DNA from: Candidatus Multivorans sp.
GTDB lineage: Bacteria > Acidobacteriota > Thermoanaerobaculia > Multivoradales > Multivoraceae
Direction: 5' to 3'
Length of the DNA stretch: 64,000 bases
NCBI GenBank assembly: GCA_965247095.1
Contig: OZ251997.1
Location: 4,544,001-4,608,000, forward strand
Below the pieces are notes generated by a model that saw nothing but the letters and a program-made list of their open reading frames with translations, was not told the DNA's origin and searched no databases. Shown piece after piece: positions 31,718-44,800 of this stretch (position 1 is the stretch's first letter; each line of letters starts with the position of its first letter). A program made the position numbers and the translations under genes.

Positions 31718-32592
31718 GTGGATGACGAACGGCTGTTGAGGTTGATCATGGAGTTGGAGGATGAACTATGGGCGCAAGGGATGGGCCCTAAGGAACGCCA
31801 CTTCCATCTGCCTATCAGGGCGATGGAAGAGCTGGGTTATCGGAGTTTCGTTGTCGCGGGGTCCGGAACACCCCCGCTGCTGGCTCGTGTCCGTCAGATC
31901 CAGGGTGAGTTCTATCGGACCAGGGACGTTGAGATCGGCGGCGTACATGGGGGCGCGTTCATGTTCCGGGGTATTGCTGCCCAAGTCTACGTACCTTTGA
32001 TCTACGGAAAGGTCAAGCTCGACCCGTTTGAATTCAATGACTTGTCGCGACGACAGGTGGAATGGCTGAGGTCTGACGAAACGACCGAGAGAAGTTACTT
32101 CGAGAACTTCTGCAACCTCTTTGACTTTGCCTCATGTCTCAGACCGGTTGCTGGACATCGCGAAGTAACGGACACAGCTTTGCCCTTGCTGCGGTTGGCT
32201 GCGTTTCAAGCGCAGAGTGCCGGCGCGACGCTCTGCGCTGCTTTCGATGAACGAGGGGCGATACAGAGTTCGTTGCTGGCGGCGGAGTTGTCGATGAAAG
32301 CGGTCTTGGTGGGAACCGGTGCCGAGGAGACCAGGCTGAAGGAGCTGGGACATGACCTCAAGGTCCTAGCCGAAGCTGTTGCGGACGCCTACGATGTGTT
32401 TGAGCTGTTGCCAGTGGTCGGACATTTGCAGACCCTGCCCAATTTTGTGCCGAACCGGTATTCGCGATGCAACCCGATCGTAGCGAGACAGGTAGGATTG
32501 TGATGGCGAGTCAAGCGATAGCGGGGGCGGTGGCTCGGGTCCTGACTGGGGGGAGCTTCAAGGCGTTGTGCAGGCGTGCTGAAGTGCCGTAG
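31718..32592 (+). CDS. Hypothetical protein with a HEPN-like C-terminal domain, frameshifted near 32465
   Basis: AAELSMKAVL...LGHDL...NRY pattern; the tail (MQPDRSETGRIVMASQAIAG...) continues in another frame to TAG 32590-32592; lower GC than flanks. Confidence 0.55.
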
Positions 32593-32815
32593 AGACAGCT
32601 TGGAGCGTGCTCCAGTAGCTTGTCAGGTGATCGGGCTCACCGGGTGAGCCGGCTGATGCACCTCACCGGAGAAACCCAGTGAGCCTCTCTCGGGCCTCGT
32701 TCGCCTCGAGGCGTACACGTCGGCCGCCTGTGCAGTCTTGCGGGACCACCTCACCCGCGGTGTGTTCGTCACCATCGTCCCCCTCCTCTCCGGGAATTAG
32801 AACGGATCGCGAGCT

Positions 32816-33400
32816 CTACTGGACGAGCGCGAGATTGCCCATAGTCGCCGTGGTGCAGGAAACGTTGACGTGGACGGTGAGCAGGACCTCCTTCTCGCAC
32901 TTGTAGTCCAGGAGCCGGTCGGTGCTTACGCGAAAGCCGGTAATCAGCTTGTCGTCCTCGAACACGCAGTGGTGCAAGAGGCTCCTGTCGCTGGGCGGCT
33001 CGAGCCTCCGCGCCTGGTTCTCGTCGGGGACGGTTAGCGCATCGAATAGTGTTTTCAACCTGTTGTCAATGTCGCCACCGTCCTTCACGATGTCGCCAGG
33101 GCCGCCAGGGCGGAGAAGCAGGATGTCGAGGTCGGCGACCAAGTGACTCATCTCGTAGACGACAGCGGAGAACCTTAGCCCCCCTCTTTCTTGAACCGCG
33201 CACCAGCGCTTGCCGCTTTCCTCTTCCAACTCTTTGTTCTCCAAGTAGCGCGTCCAGCAAAGCCACTCGCGGTGGTGTTTGAGCGGTGCTCGTTCCCAGA
33301 GGTCGTGCAACTGTTCGTGAAACTTCATCCGCAGTTTGTGTTTCTCTCTCGCCCCTGCGTTGGACTTCAGCGGGCCTCTGTAGTGAAGCGTGAATCTCAC
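32816..33400 (-). CDS. RusA-like nuclease-fold protein
   Basis: GDIDNRLKTLFDAL and FEDDKLI, resembling the RusA D-x-D-N-x-x-K...D and DD acidic motifs; GAGGAG SD. Confidence 0.6.
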   Translation of the reverse strand: MRFTLHYRGPLKSNAGAREKHKLRMKFHEQLHDLWERAPLKHHREWLCWTRYLENKELEEESGKRWCAVQERGGLRFSAVVYEMSHLVADLDILLLRPGGPGDIVKDGGDIDNRLKTLFDALTVPDENQARRLEPPSDRSLLHHCVFEDDKLITGFRVSTDRLLDYKCEKEVLLTVHVNVSCTTATMGNLALVQ

Positions 33401-33500
33401 TATCGTCTCCTCTGCGTCAGCGGGTTGGACCTGGCACTCCGGGCCTTGGACCAGGAAGGCTTCCGGACGCGGGCAGCGCTCGTCCTCGCTTCAGCCGCGT

Positions 33501-33761
33501 CTAGAGCGACTCGGCTCGGCGAGCCCTCGCCAGATTGTAGGCGCCCTGCATCCGCACCCAATGCCCGGCGTCGCTCCAGCCGAGGCGCTCCAGCGCCAGC
33601 GCCAGACGCGGGGATATGCCCGCTCTCCCGTTGACGACACGCGAGAGGGTGTTACGGGTCACCCCCAGTCGGGCGGCGGCGTCCGACACCGTCCATCCCT
33701 CGGCCTCAAGCGAGTCGCGGATGATCTCGCCTGGGTGCGCGGGGTCGCACATTGCGGACAT
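33501..33761 (-). CDS. higA: HigA family antitoxin (orphan)
   Basis: PAHPGEII, AARLGVTRNTLSRVVNG...IS..LAL.L, W.RMQ..Y. Confidence 0.9.
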   Translation of the reverse strand: MSAMCDPAHPGEIIRDSLEAEGWTVSDAAARLGVTRNTLSRVVNGRAGISPRLALALERLGWSDAGHWVRMQGAYNLARARRAESL

Positions 33762-33821
33762 GGCGGTTCCCTTGGTCGGAGTCGATCAGGGAGCCGTCGC
33801 GGTAGTTGGTCCCGCCATGAT

Positions 33822-33854
33822 GCCGGATGCGGGCGAGACGCCCGCGTTCCCAGG
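33822..33854 (-). repeat. REP-like palindrome copy
   Basis: GCCGGATGCGGGCGAGACGCCCGCGTTCCCAGG, identical to 41842-41874. Confidence 0.88.
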
Positions 33855-33884
33855 GGCAGATCGGGCCGGGGGTTGTCGGACCGT

Positions 33885-34880
33885 TCAGCCGTTGAACCGG
33901 AGCAGCATGGCGCCCCAGTGGAAGCCGGCGCCGAAGGAGGTCAGCAGCACCAGGTCGCCGGGGGAGATGCGGCCGTTGCGGTGGGCTTCCCACAGGGCCA
34001 GGGGCACGGAGGCGGAGCCGGTGTTGCCGTACTCCTGGAGATTCGTGTAGACCTTGTCCATCGGAGCGGAGAGGTTCTTGGCGACCGCCTGGATGATCCG
34101 CAGGTTCGCCTGGTGGGGTATGACCATCGCGATGTCATCGAGCTTGACGCCCACCTTGTCGAGCACTTCGCGGCTGACCTCAGACATGCGGTGGACGGCG
34201 TGGCGGAACAGGGCCGGGCCGTCCATTTCGAGCTTCATATGCTCTTCCCTTTGTGCTCGCTCGAGCGAAAACGGCTTGCGGGTGCCGCCGATCTGGAGGG
34301 TCAGGATCTTCCACTGGCTGTTGTCGGTGCCGGTGCTGGAGCCGAGGATCTCGGCCATCTGCTGCCCTTTCTCGACGATCACGCAGGCGGCGGCGTCGCC
34401 GAACAGGACGCACGTTTCGCGGATCTTCCAACTCACGAGCCGCGAAATGAGTTCGACACCGATCACCAGGACCCGTTGGGTGCCGGTGAGTACGCGCGAG
34501 CGGGCGATGTCGACCGCTTGGACCCACCCGGCGCAGCCGCTTCCGCCGAGGTCGTAGGTGGGAATCTCACGCGCGCCGATCATGCGCTGGACGAAGGAGG
34601 CGGTGTCCGGCGTGTAGACCTCGGGCGTGTCGGTCGCGACGATGATCTCGTCGAGCTCCTCGGCGCCGATGCCGCGGCTCTCAAGCGCCGAGTTCGCGGC
34701 GGCGGTGGCGAGATCCGCGGTCGATTCGCCCTCGGCGGCGAAGCGGCGCCGGTGAATGCCGGTCCGCGCGACGATCCACTCGTCGGAGGTGTCTACGTGT
34801 TCGGTCCAGTCCTCGTTCGTCATCACGCGCTCCGGCACGTAGCCGCCGAAGCCGCTGATTCCCACTGTGTTGTTCGTCAA
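33885..34880 (-). CDS. fabH: 3-oxoacyl-ACP synthase III
   Basis: DTSDEWIVARTGI, catalytic C (GSGCAG), LFGDAA, PHQAN, YGNTGSAS, FGAG; TTG start with AGGAG SD. Confidence 0.9.
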   Translation of the reverse strand: MTNNTVGISGFGGYVPERVMTNEDWTEHVDTSDEWIVARTGIHRRRFAAEGESTADLATAAANSALESRGIGAEELDEIIVATDTPEVYTPDTASFVQRMIGAREIPTYDLGGSGCAGWVQAVDIARSRVLTGTQRVLVIGVELISRLVSWKIRETCVLFGDAAACVIVEKGQQMAEILGSSTGTDNSQWKILTLQIGGTRKPFSLERAQREEHMKLEMDGPALFRHAVHRMSEVSREVLDKVGVKLDDIAMVIPHQANLRIIQAVAKNLSAPMDKVYTNLQEYGNTGSASVPLALWEAHRNGRISPGDLVLLTSFGAGFHWGAMLLRFNG

Positions 34881-34963
34881 ATGGTCTCCTGGGGGCCGGG
34901 AGTGGCCGGGGTTCTTCTCACGGTACCACCCCCTGGCGAGCAGTCGTTCGACGGCGAGTTCCG

Positions 34964-36139
34964 CTAGTCGTCGTCCAAGAGCTCGGCGAGCACTTCGTCG
35001 GTGTCGGCCCCGCATGTGGGCGGCGACTTCCGGTAGGTCACCGGCGTCTCGGACATCCTGATCGGGTTGGCGACCATCTTGACGCTGCCGCTTCCGGCCA
35101 GCGGGTGCGGCATGTCGATCGTCATGCCGCGGGCCTGTGCCTGGTCGGAGGCGAGCGCCTCTTCCAGGTTGTGGATCGGGCCGCCGGGCACGCCGCGGGC
35201 TTCCAGGCCGTCCAGTACCTCAGCGCTGGTCAGCTTGCGCACGCGGCGGGACAGCTCGGCTACCAACTCGTCCCGATGGGCGAGCCGGCCGGCGTTCGTG
35301 CGGTAGCGCTCGTCGGACGCGAGTTCGGGGGCGTCGAGGAGATCGCAGAACCGCTCGTACTGCGCGTCGTTGCCGACCGCGACGATGACGTGGCCGTCGG
35401 CGGTCTCGAAGACGCCGTAGGGGACGATGTTCGGGTGCTCGTTGCCGCGCCGGCGGGGCACCTCTCCGGAGGTCAGGTAGTTCGTGCCCTCGTTGACCAG
35501 CCAGGCCATCTGCGTGTCGACCAGGGCGAGGTCGATGTACTGGCCGCTGCCGGTGCGGTCGCGGTGCCGCAGCGCCGCCAGGATCGCGGTCGCGGCGTAC
35601 ATGCCGCACACGATGTCGGCGATGCCGACGCCGACCTTCATCGGTTCGCCGTCCGGTTCGCCGGTCAGGCTCATGATGCCGCCGTAGCCCTGGGCGAGGA
35701 GGTCGTAGCCGGCGCGGTGAGCGTTCGGGCCGGTCTGGCCGAAGCCGGTGATCGAGCAGTAGACGAGCCCGGGCAGATCGTCCTTCAGGTCGGCGTAGCC
35801 GAGGCCGTAGCGGTGGAGGGCGCCGACCTTGAAGTTCTCGATCAGCACGTCCGAGCGGGCGGCGAGGCGTCGCACCAGGTCCGCGCCTTCGGTGGTGGCG
35901 AGGTCGACCGCGACGGAGCGCTTGTTCCGGTTGGCGCAGAGATAGTAGGCGCTCTCGCTCGTGTCCTCGCCGTCCGCGCCGCGCACGAAGGGTGGCCCCC
36001 AGGTTCGCGTGTCGTCGCCGCGGCCGGGCCGTTCGATCTTGATCACGTCCGCGCCGAGGTCGCCGAGCAACTGGGTGCATGTCGGACCCGCGAGGATGCG
36101 GGTCAGGTCGAGGATGCGGAGACCGTCGAGCGCTGGCAT
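34964..36139 (-). CDS. CaiB/BaiF (family III) CoA-transferase
   Basis: LDLTRILAGP, LGADVIKIE, NRNKRS, ENFKVG, GYDLLAQ. Confidence 0.95.
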   Translation of the reverse strand: MPALDGLRILDLTRILAGPTCTQLLGDLGADVIKIERPGRGDDTRTWGPPFVRGADGEDTSESAYYLCANRNKRSVAVDLATTEGADLVRRLAARSDVLIENFKVGALHRYGLGYADLKDDLPGLVYCSITGFGQTGPNAHRAGYDLLAQGYGGIMSLTGEPDGEPMKVGVGIADIVCGMYAATAILAALRHRDRTGSGQYIDLALVDTQMAWLVNEGTNYLTSGEVPRRRGNEHPNIVPYGVFETADGHVIVAVGNDAQYERFCDLLDAPELASDERYRTNAGRLAHRDELVAELSRRVRKLTSAEVLDGLEARGVPGGPIHNLEEALASDQAQARGMTIDMPHPLAGSGSVKMVANPIRMSETPVTYRKSPPTCGADTDEVLAELLDDD

Positions 36140-36164
36140 GTTTCGTAGCATACGATTCCGCGCA
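36140..36164. promoter_or_regulatory. Overlapping divergent -10 boxes for the CoA-transferase and the BVMO
   Basis: TACGAT (+, 36151-36156) lies 8 nt before ATG 36165; TATGCT (-, 36152-36147) lies 7 nt before ATG 36139; no SD on either side. Confidence 0.55.
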
Positions 36165-37822
<1,658 letters not shown>

Positions 37823-37826
<4 letters not shown>

Positions 37827-39562
37827 GCAAGAGAACCGGCCTCGTCTTCCTTTCTTCACTCCTTGTCCTCGGAGCGGCGCCTCTGAGCGCCCAGCAGCCC
37901 GAGCCGGCGGCCAGGGTCATCCAGGAGTCCGTCGACGTCGAAGTCGTGAACATCGACGTGCATGTCACCGATCGGCAGGGGGCGCCCATCACGGGCCTGG
38001 CCGTGGCCGACTTCCAGGTCTTCGAACACGGCCGCCGGGTCGACCCGGTGAACTTCTACGAGGTCGTGGGCGATGATCCGGACGCCACGACGCCGATCTG
38101 GCTCATCCTGTACTTCGATCAGCACAACATGCTGTCCGCGAACCGTGACCGGGCGCTGGCGGAACTAGAGGTCGACCTGCCGGCGGTGCTGGAAGATGGC
38201 CGGGTGCGGGTGATGGTCGCCGCGCACGACCAGGCGCCGCGGGTGCTCCAGAGCTTCACCCGCAATTGGGGATCGATCCGGAGCGCGCTGGCCAGTCTGA
38301 AGGGGCAGGAGACGGTCGGCGATTTGCGGGACGGCCTGCGTCAGAGCGCTCAGCTCTCGGTGACCGATGCGTTCCAAAAAATGCGTGGTTCCGACCGCCT
38401 GGACCGCCAGAACGCGGCTCTGGCCATCGACGCTTTGCTGGCGCAGATGCGGAACTACGCGCGCGAGATCTATGCCGACTCGGAGAGCAGCTTCGAGGCG
38501 CTGGGCAACTTCGTGCGCACGCTGTCCTGGCTCGAGGGCCGCAAGGCCTTGATCTACGTGTCGGACGGCGTAGCGGAGCGGCCGCTGGGTTCCCTGATGG
38601 AGCATCTCCAGGATCTGCTGACGGGTAGCGCCAGCACCTCCGGCGCCCTGGTCGAAACCCGGCTCGGCGGCCAGGCCGGAGGCACCCCGGGTACCGGCGG
38701 CGTCTTCGACCGGGACACGAGCATGGAGGCCGGCCGCCTCCAGCAGGAGGTGGAGCAGTACCGGGCGACGGCGACCATCCGCGCCATCGTCGCGGAGGCG
38801 AACACCTACGGCGTGACGCTGTTCGCGGCCAAGCCGCCGCCGGGCGACGCAGCGACGAGTGCCCGGCGTTCCAAGGGTCGGGGCTCGTTGCTCGAGATCT
38901 CGGACTACCGGGAGGCGCTGCACGGCCTGGCCGAGGGCACGGGCGGATTCGCCCGCACCGGCGGCGGGAGGCTCGGCGGCTTCCTGCCCCGGGCCGTCGG
39001 CGGCATGCAGTCGTACTACTCGCTCGGTCTGTCCTCGGCGGACAAGGTCGAAGGCGAGTTCACCGCCATCGAGATCAAGGTCAAGGGGGGCCGGGGCGTC
39101 AACGCGAACTACCGGCAGAGCTACATCAAGAAGGGCATCCGGTCCCGCATCTCGGAGCGGGCGCTGGCTGCCGTGGTCATCGGCGAAAGCGACAACCCCC
39201 ACCGGCTGGAGGTCCACGTCGACGCGATCGTTCCCGTCGAGGAGCTCGATCTGTTCGAGGTCTCGATGTGGGTCGAGTTTCCGATCGGCAACATAGAACT
39301 CGTCGAACTAGACGGTATGCACAGCGCCTCCGCCCGCCTGGTCGTCGTGGCAATGGACGACGACGACCAGTTGACGGCGGCGCAGCACCTCGACGTGCCG
39401 CTGCAGGTGCCGTCCGAAACGCTGGCGGATGCCCTGGAGAGCCACTACCGCGCCGGCTTGACCCTGCGGCTGCCGGAGGGCCGGCAGCGGATCGCCCTGG
39501 GACTCTGGGACCAGACGGCACGGGCGGGTTCCGTGCTGACCGACGCACTGACCGTGGAGTGA
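37823..39562 (+). CDS. Exported VWA-domain protein (acidobacterial type)
   Basis: Signal peptide, V.VVNIDVHVTD..G.PITGL...DF, GRKALIYVSDG, LAEGTGG, YYSLG. Confidence 0.85.
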
Positions 39563-39564
39563 AA

Positions 39565-40338
39565 ATGATGAAGAACCTGTTCGACGTTTCCGGCAAGGTG
39601 GCGGTGGTCACCGGCGGCTCCCGCGGCATCGGCGCGATGATCGCCCGCGGCTACGTGGAGAACGGCGTGCGCACCTACATCAGCTCGCGCAAGGCCGCCG
39701 TCTGCGACGCGATGGCCGACGAACTGAGCGCCTACGGCGAGTGCATCTCGCTGCCGAACGACCTCGCTTCGGTCGAGGGCGTTGAACGCTTCTGCGCCGA
39801 GTTCCGGGAGCGCGAGGAGAAGCTCGACATCCTGGTCAACAACGCCGGCGCAGCCTGGGGCGCGCCGCTCGAAGAGTTCCCCGAGTCGGGTTGGGACAAG
39901 GTGATGGACATCAACCTGAAGGGACCCTTCTTCCTGACGGTGCGGTTGCTGCCGGAGCTGCGCGCGGCGGCGACCACCGACGACCCGGCGCGGGTGATCA
40001 ACATCGCCTCGATCGATGGCCTGCACCTCAACCCGGCGGAGCACTACCCGTACAGCGCCAGCAAGGCCGGGATGATCCACCTCACGCGCGCCCTGGCCCG
40101 CCGGCTCGCGCCCGAGGACATCACGGTTAACGCGGTCTGCCCCGGGCCGTTCGAGAGCAAGATGATGGAGTACAACCTGAAGAAGTTCGGCGACGAGATC
40201 CGGGCGCGGAACCCGAGAAAAAGGATCGGCACGCCGGAAGACATGGCCGGTGTCGCGATCTACCTGGCTTCCCGCGCCGCGGCGTACGTCACCGGCGCCG
40301 CCATCCCGGTCGACGGCGGCATCTTCGCGGTGAGTTGA
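39565..40338 (+). CDS. SDR family oxidoreductase
   Basis: TGGSRGIG, NNAG, YSASK, VDGG. Confidence 0.95.
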   Translation: MMKNLFDVSGKVAVVTGGSRGIGAMIARGYVENGVRTYISSRKAAVCDAMADELSAYGECISLPNDLASVEGVERFCAEFREREEKLDILVNNAGAAWGAPLEEFPESGWDKVMDINLKGPFFLTVRLLPELRAAATTDDPARVINIASIDGLHLNPAEHYPYSASKAGMIHLTRALARRLAPEDITVNAVCPGPFESKMMEYNLKKFGDEIRARNPRKRIGTPEDMAGVAIYLASRAAAYVTGAAIPVDGGIFAVS

Positions 40339-40340
40339 GA

Positions 40341-40565
40341 TTCGAGAACGGTCTTTCGCTGTCCCAGGCCGCCAAGGTCGCCGCGATGGTTCCGGAGGAC
40401 TTCATCGCTCTCCTGGGCGAGGCAGGCATCCCCGCGGTTGACTATCCGCCCGAAGAGTTGAAGGAGGAGACCGCCGCGGCCGGATGAGCGGAGTGCCCGG
40501 GAGCCGGCTATCGGCTGTCTACGCAGCTCGTTGCGGAGGTGTTGGCGGCAGCGGGCGAGGAGTAG
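40341..40565 (+). pseudogene. Remnants of a UPF0175 antitoxin / DUF3368 PIN-like pair
   Basis: 40341-40487 reads LSLSQAAKVA...FIALLGEAGIPAVDYPPEEL; an ATGA overlap follows, then only the C-terminal AGYRLSTQLVAEVLAAAGEE (40503-40565). Confidence 0.6.
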
Positions 40566-40568
40566 CGC

Positions 40569-40976
40569 TCAGTCCTCGTCGCCGCTGAGGCTGCAGATGC
40601 CGTTGCCCTTGGCGGCGATGTAGAGGAACACGAAGCAGAAGAGAACGGCAGTTTCGCCGCGGTTCGCGAGCGGCATCAGAGCGTGCCAGATCGGCTGGTC
40701 GTCGCCGAGCCGGGTGGCGTGGCCGAGGACGTAGGCGAAGGCCATCAGGCCGCTGGCGAGAAAGGCCGCGTAGCGGGTGTAGAGGCCGAGCATGATCATG
40801 GCGCCGCCGATCAGTTCGATCGGTCCGGCGATGTAGAGGATGAAGGCCGGGGCGTCGGGAGTGTCCAGCGGGAAGCCGAGCAGCTTCTGCGCGCCGTGCC
40901 AGAGGAACAGGAAGCCGGCGAAGATCCGCATCGCGGCGTAGGTCTGGGGCTGGCAGTTCCTGAACGAGTCGAGCAT
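40569..40976 (-). CDS. DoxX family membrane protein
   Basis: RI..GFLF..HG.QKLLG, AAFLASG.MA.AY, N.GE.A. Confidence 0.9.
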   Translation of the reverse strand: MLDSFRNCQPQTYAAMRIFAGFLFLWHGAQKLLGFPLDTPDAPAFILYIAGPIELIGGAMIMLGLYTRYAAFLASGLMAFAYVLGHATRLGDDQPIWHALMPLANRGETAVLFCFVFLYIAAKGNGICSLSGDED

Positions 40977-41009
40977 CGCGTCCCTCCCTGGGCTGTTGTG
41001 GGTTCTAGC

Positions 41010-41825
41010 CTAGCGTCTGAGTGAGCGCTCCAGTGGAGCCAGGAGTTCTTCGTTGCGGCTGGCGAACAGCAGGCGGTGCGGGCGGTCCTTGATCAGGCTG
41101 CGCTCGAAGGGGACGATCCGGAATGCCCAGTTCCGGAGCGCGGGAAACTCCTCGAAGTTGCGGTGGATCGTGAACACGCCGACGGTGTCCTCGTGTGAGA
41201 TCGACTCGAACTCGCTCCAGAAGTCGGCAAGCGACCAGTGGAAGCCGGCTGCGTAGAAGGAGTAGACGAGGTCGTACGGGCCGGGCAGGGCGTCGAGTCG
41301 GTGATCCAGGTCGTGGGCGTCGAAGATCCGGAAGTGCGGGACTTCGTTGTACTCCAGCACCTCTCTGAGAGTGCTCAGGTCGCCGCAGAACGATCGGTCC
41401 GTGCGCTCCGCGCTACGGGGATAGTCGATCCGCGGGCCGTCGCCGTCGTAGAGATGGAACTCCGTTTCCGCCCAGCCGAGGGCGTGCCGGAAGAAGGCGG
41501 TCGAGCGGCCGAGGCCGCAGCCGATGTCCAGTGCCTTGTTCGGCTGGGGCATGGCTCGGAGAACGGGCGCCGCGGCATCGAACTCGCCCCAGCAGGACCC
41601 GTTCTGGGTCAATTCCCAGAACGACCGCGAGGTCTCCCCGGGCTCGAGGTGAAACTGGGGCGACAGGCGGGCGATCGCCGCCACCATCTCCGCCGTCATC
41701 GGCGGCGAGCGGAAGTGCCGCGCCCGCAACCGGAAATGCGGGTGGATGTCGGCTTCGGAGAGTTCGCGACCTGTGCGCTTGCGCCACTCGGCGCGCAGGC
41801 GGGGCAGCAGGTAGCTGACGTTCAT
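41010..41825 (-). CDS. Class I SAM-dependent methyltransferase
   Basis: ALDIGCGLG motif I, YDLVYSF. Confidence 0.8.
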   Translation of the reverse strand: MNVSYLLPRLRAEWRKRTGRELSEADIHPHFRLRARHFRSPPMTAEMVAAIARLSPQFHLEPGETSRSFWELTQNGSCWGEFDAAAPVLRAMPQPNKALDIGCGLGRSTAFFRHALGWAETEFHLYDGDGPRIDYPRSAERTDRSFCGDLSTLREVLEYNEVPHFRIFDAHDLDHRLDALPGPYDLVYSFYAAGFHWSLADFWSEFESISHEDTVGVFTIHRNFEEFPALRNWAFRIVPFERSLIKDRPHRLLFASRNEELLAPLERSLRR

Positions 41826-41841
41826 GGCCGAAGAACCCCTA

Positions 41842-41874
41842 GCCGGATGCGGGCGAGACGCCCGCGTTCCCAGG
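41842..41874 (-). repeat. REP-like palindrome copy
   Basis: 33-bp identity with 33822-33854. Confidence 0.88.
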
Positions 41875-41893
41875 ACGGATCGTAGGCACGCTG

Positions 41894-44800
41894 TTAGCGC
41901 CGGACCCGGACCGGGAAGGGCGGCTTGGTCGGCTCGCTCGGAGGGTTCTCTTCCAACTGTTCGAGGACGATCTCGATCGCTTTCTCGAGCTGCGGATCGC
42001 GGCCGGCGATGACCTCCGCCGGCCATTGCTCGACATCGACGTCGGGCGGCACGCCCACGTTCTCGACCACGAAGCCGTCCTCGGTCCAGATCGCCAGGTT
42101 CGGTGCGGTGACGAAACCGCCGTCCATCAGGATGGGGAAGCCGAGGGTGCCGACCAGGCCGCCCCAGGTGCGCTTGCCGACCAGGGTGCCGAGACCCAGC
42201 TTGTTGAACATCCAGGGCAGCAGGTCGCCGCCGGAGCCGGCGGTTTCGTCGATGATCATGACCTTCGGCCCCAGGATCGCCGCGCTCGGGGTGCGGAAGT
42301 CTGCGCCGTAGCGGGTTGCCCAGTGGCTGATGTACGGCCGCCGCAGGTGGTCGATGTAGTAGTCCGCGACCTGGCCGCCGCCGTTGAAGCGCTCGTCGAC
42401 GATCAGGGCCTGCTTGTGGACCTGGGGGAAGAAGTAGCGCTTGAAGTAGGTGTGGCCGAGCGTGGTCGTGTTCGGGACGTAGACGTAGGCGACCCGGCCG
42501 TCGGTCGCTTCCTCGACCTTGGCCAGGTTGCGCTCGACCCACTCCCGGTTGCGCAGCGCCGACTCGTTTGGGACCGGGACCACGGAAACGGTGCGCGAGT
42601 CCGAGCCGTCGGCGTTCGGGCCGACGGTCAACTCGACGATCTTGCCGGCGGTGTTCTCGAACCGGGCGAACACGTTGTCCGTGGCGTCGAGATCGATCCC
42701 GTCGACGGCCAGCAGGTACTCGCCGGCGTTCACCGAGACGCCCGGCTCGGTCAACGGCGCCCGCAGTTCGGGATTCCAGTTCAGGCCGCCCAGCACGTGG
42801 GCGAAGCGGTAGCGCCCGTCGGCGAGTTCGAAGTCGGCGCCGAGGAGTCCGCCGCCGACCCGCTCTGGATCGTTCCGCTGGTCGCCGCCGCCGACCCGGT
42901 GGTGGCCGACCGCGATCTCGCTGCACATCCAGCGCAGCACCTTGTTCAGGTCGGCCCGGTTGGTCACATCGGTGAGGAAACCGCTGTACTTCTCTCCCAT
43001 CGCCGGCCAGTCGGCGCCGTGCATGCCGGGGTCGTAGAAGTAGTCGCGGTTGATCCGCCAGACCTCGTCGTAGATCTGCTGCCATTCGGCGCGGGGATCG
43101 ATGCGCACCGTCAGCTTGTCGACCGGGATCGCGCTCTTGGTGCGGTCGATCTTGCTGGAAGTGTCGGCGATGCCCCAGTCGTCCTGGCCCGCGTAGAGCA
43201 CCTTCTTGCCGTCGGCGCTGAGGGAGAAGCCGCCCACGCCTGAGAGCAGAACCGTTTCCTCGCGCGCTTCGAGGTCGAAGCGGATGAGGTCGCCGCCGCC
43301 GCCGCCGAAGCGGGATGCCGGTTGGGAGCGCAGGTAGTAGAGCTTGCCCTCGGCGCCGGCTTCGACGTTGCTGTAGCCGCCGGTCTCGATCGGAAGCGCC
43401 AGGATCCGCTGGTTGAGCCCGTCGAAGTCGATCTCGACCAGGGGCTCGTTCTCACCGTCGTCGGCCTCGCCTTCGCCGTCGGCTTCCGCGTCCTCATCGC
43501 TGCCTTCGCCGTCGGCGCCCTCTTCGTCGGCCTCCACGGCCTGCTCGTCGCTCTCCGGGGCCAGGGGCGATTCGCCGTCCGCGCGCAGCACGGCGACGTA
43601 GATGGAACTCGAGACCTCCATGTCCGCGTTCGACATCGCGAACCAGTGCTTCACCGGACCGGCGTCGGTGGAGGCGGCGAAGTAGAGGTAGTCGCCACTC
43701 CGGTCGAACACCGGTTCGCCGACCTCGCTCAGGCCGTCGGTGACGGGGTGGGAGCTGCCTGCCTCCACGTCGTAGACGAACACCTGCTGCATGTAGGAGC
43801 GGGTGTTCAGGGTGTAGGCGATGTACCGGGAATCGGGCGACCAGGAGTGATCGGGACGCGGACTGGCGGGGCCGTAGTAGTACTCGCTCCCGATCCTCGC
43901 CACGTCGCCGCTGTCCGTGTCGATCGTGAACAGGGTCATCGAGTTGTCGACGTAGCTGATCCGCTTGCCGTCGGGCGACCACTCGGGGTTCTGGTAGAAG
44001 CCGTTGCCGCCGCGCTCGCCGCCGAGTTCGTAGCGGCGGACCTCACCGCTGTCCTGAGTGCGGACGTGGAGCCGGTACTCGCCGCCTTCGTCCGAGAAGT
44101 AGGCCATGCTCCCGCCGTCGGGCGACCAGGTCGGGAAGCGCTCGTGAATGCCCGGAGTCCGCGTCAGGTTGCGAGCGTCACCCTTCTTGGCGGGCAGCGT
44201 GAGGACTTCGCCGCGGTAGCCGAAGGCCGCGCGCGCGCCGGAGGGTGAGATCGAGGCGCTGCGAATGTAGTCCGGGCCCTCGATCCAGCGCGGCCGGGTC
44301 TCGGTAAGGTCCGCCGCGACGCCGATCCGGAGCCGTTCATGGCGGTCCGAGCCCGGGTCGTAGAGGTGCAGGTAGCCGGCCTGCTCGTAGATCACCGTGT
44401 CCGCGGATCCCGCGAGAGCCTCGAGGTGGAAGTCCTCGAACTCGGAATGCTGAACGATCTCCCCGCTGCCGGCGTCGAACGAGAAGAGGTTGAACTCGCC
44501 CGCGCGGTCGGAACGGAAGAAGACCCGGTTGCCGATCCAGGTCGGGTCGGTGTCGTTCGAGCGGCCCTCGGGCTGGGGGATCGTCTGCACGGAGTGGTCC
44601 CCGGTGTCGTAGATCCAGATCCGCGACGTCGTGCCGCCACGGTAGTTCTTCCACTGCTCGAAGCGCTCGGGTGTGGGGATGTAGGCGATGCGACTGCCGT
44701 CGGGCGAATAGCTGGCCCGCAGCCCGTGCGGGATCGGCAGCTTCGTGGGCATTCCGCCCACAAGGGGCACGACAAAGAGCTGGAAGTGACGGTTCGTGAA

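Noticed and set aside
31466-31725. Open frame without a start codon that ends on the start of the HEPN-like gene
   Set aside because: May be the tail of a deleted gene, but no family motif is recognisable
41010-43085. 691-aa ORF and other long antisense or alternate-frame ORFs (e.g. 6379-8529, 11237-12994, 14814-16769, 35220-37190)
   Set aside because: Arg/Pro/Gly-rich shadow frames typical of high-GC DNA that overlap well-supported genes; only the 41010-41825 part of the first is a credible gene
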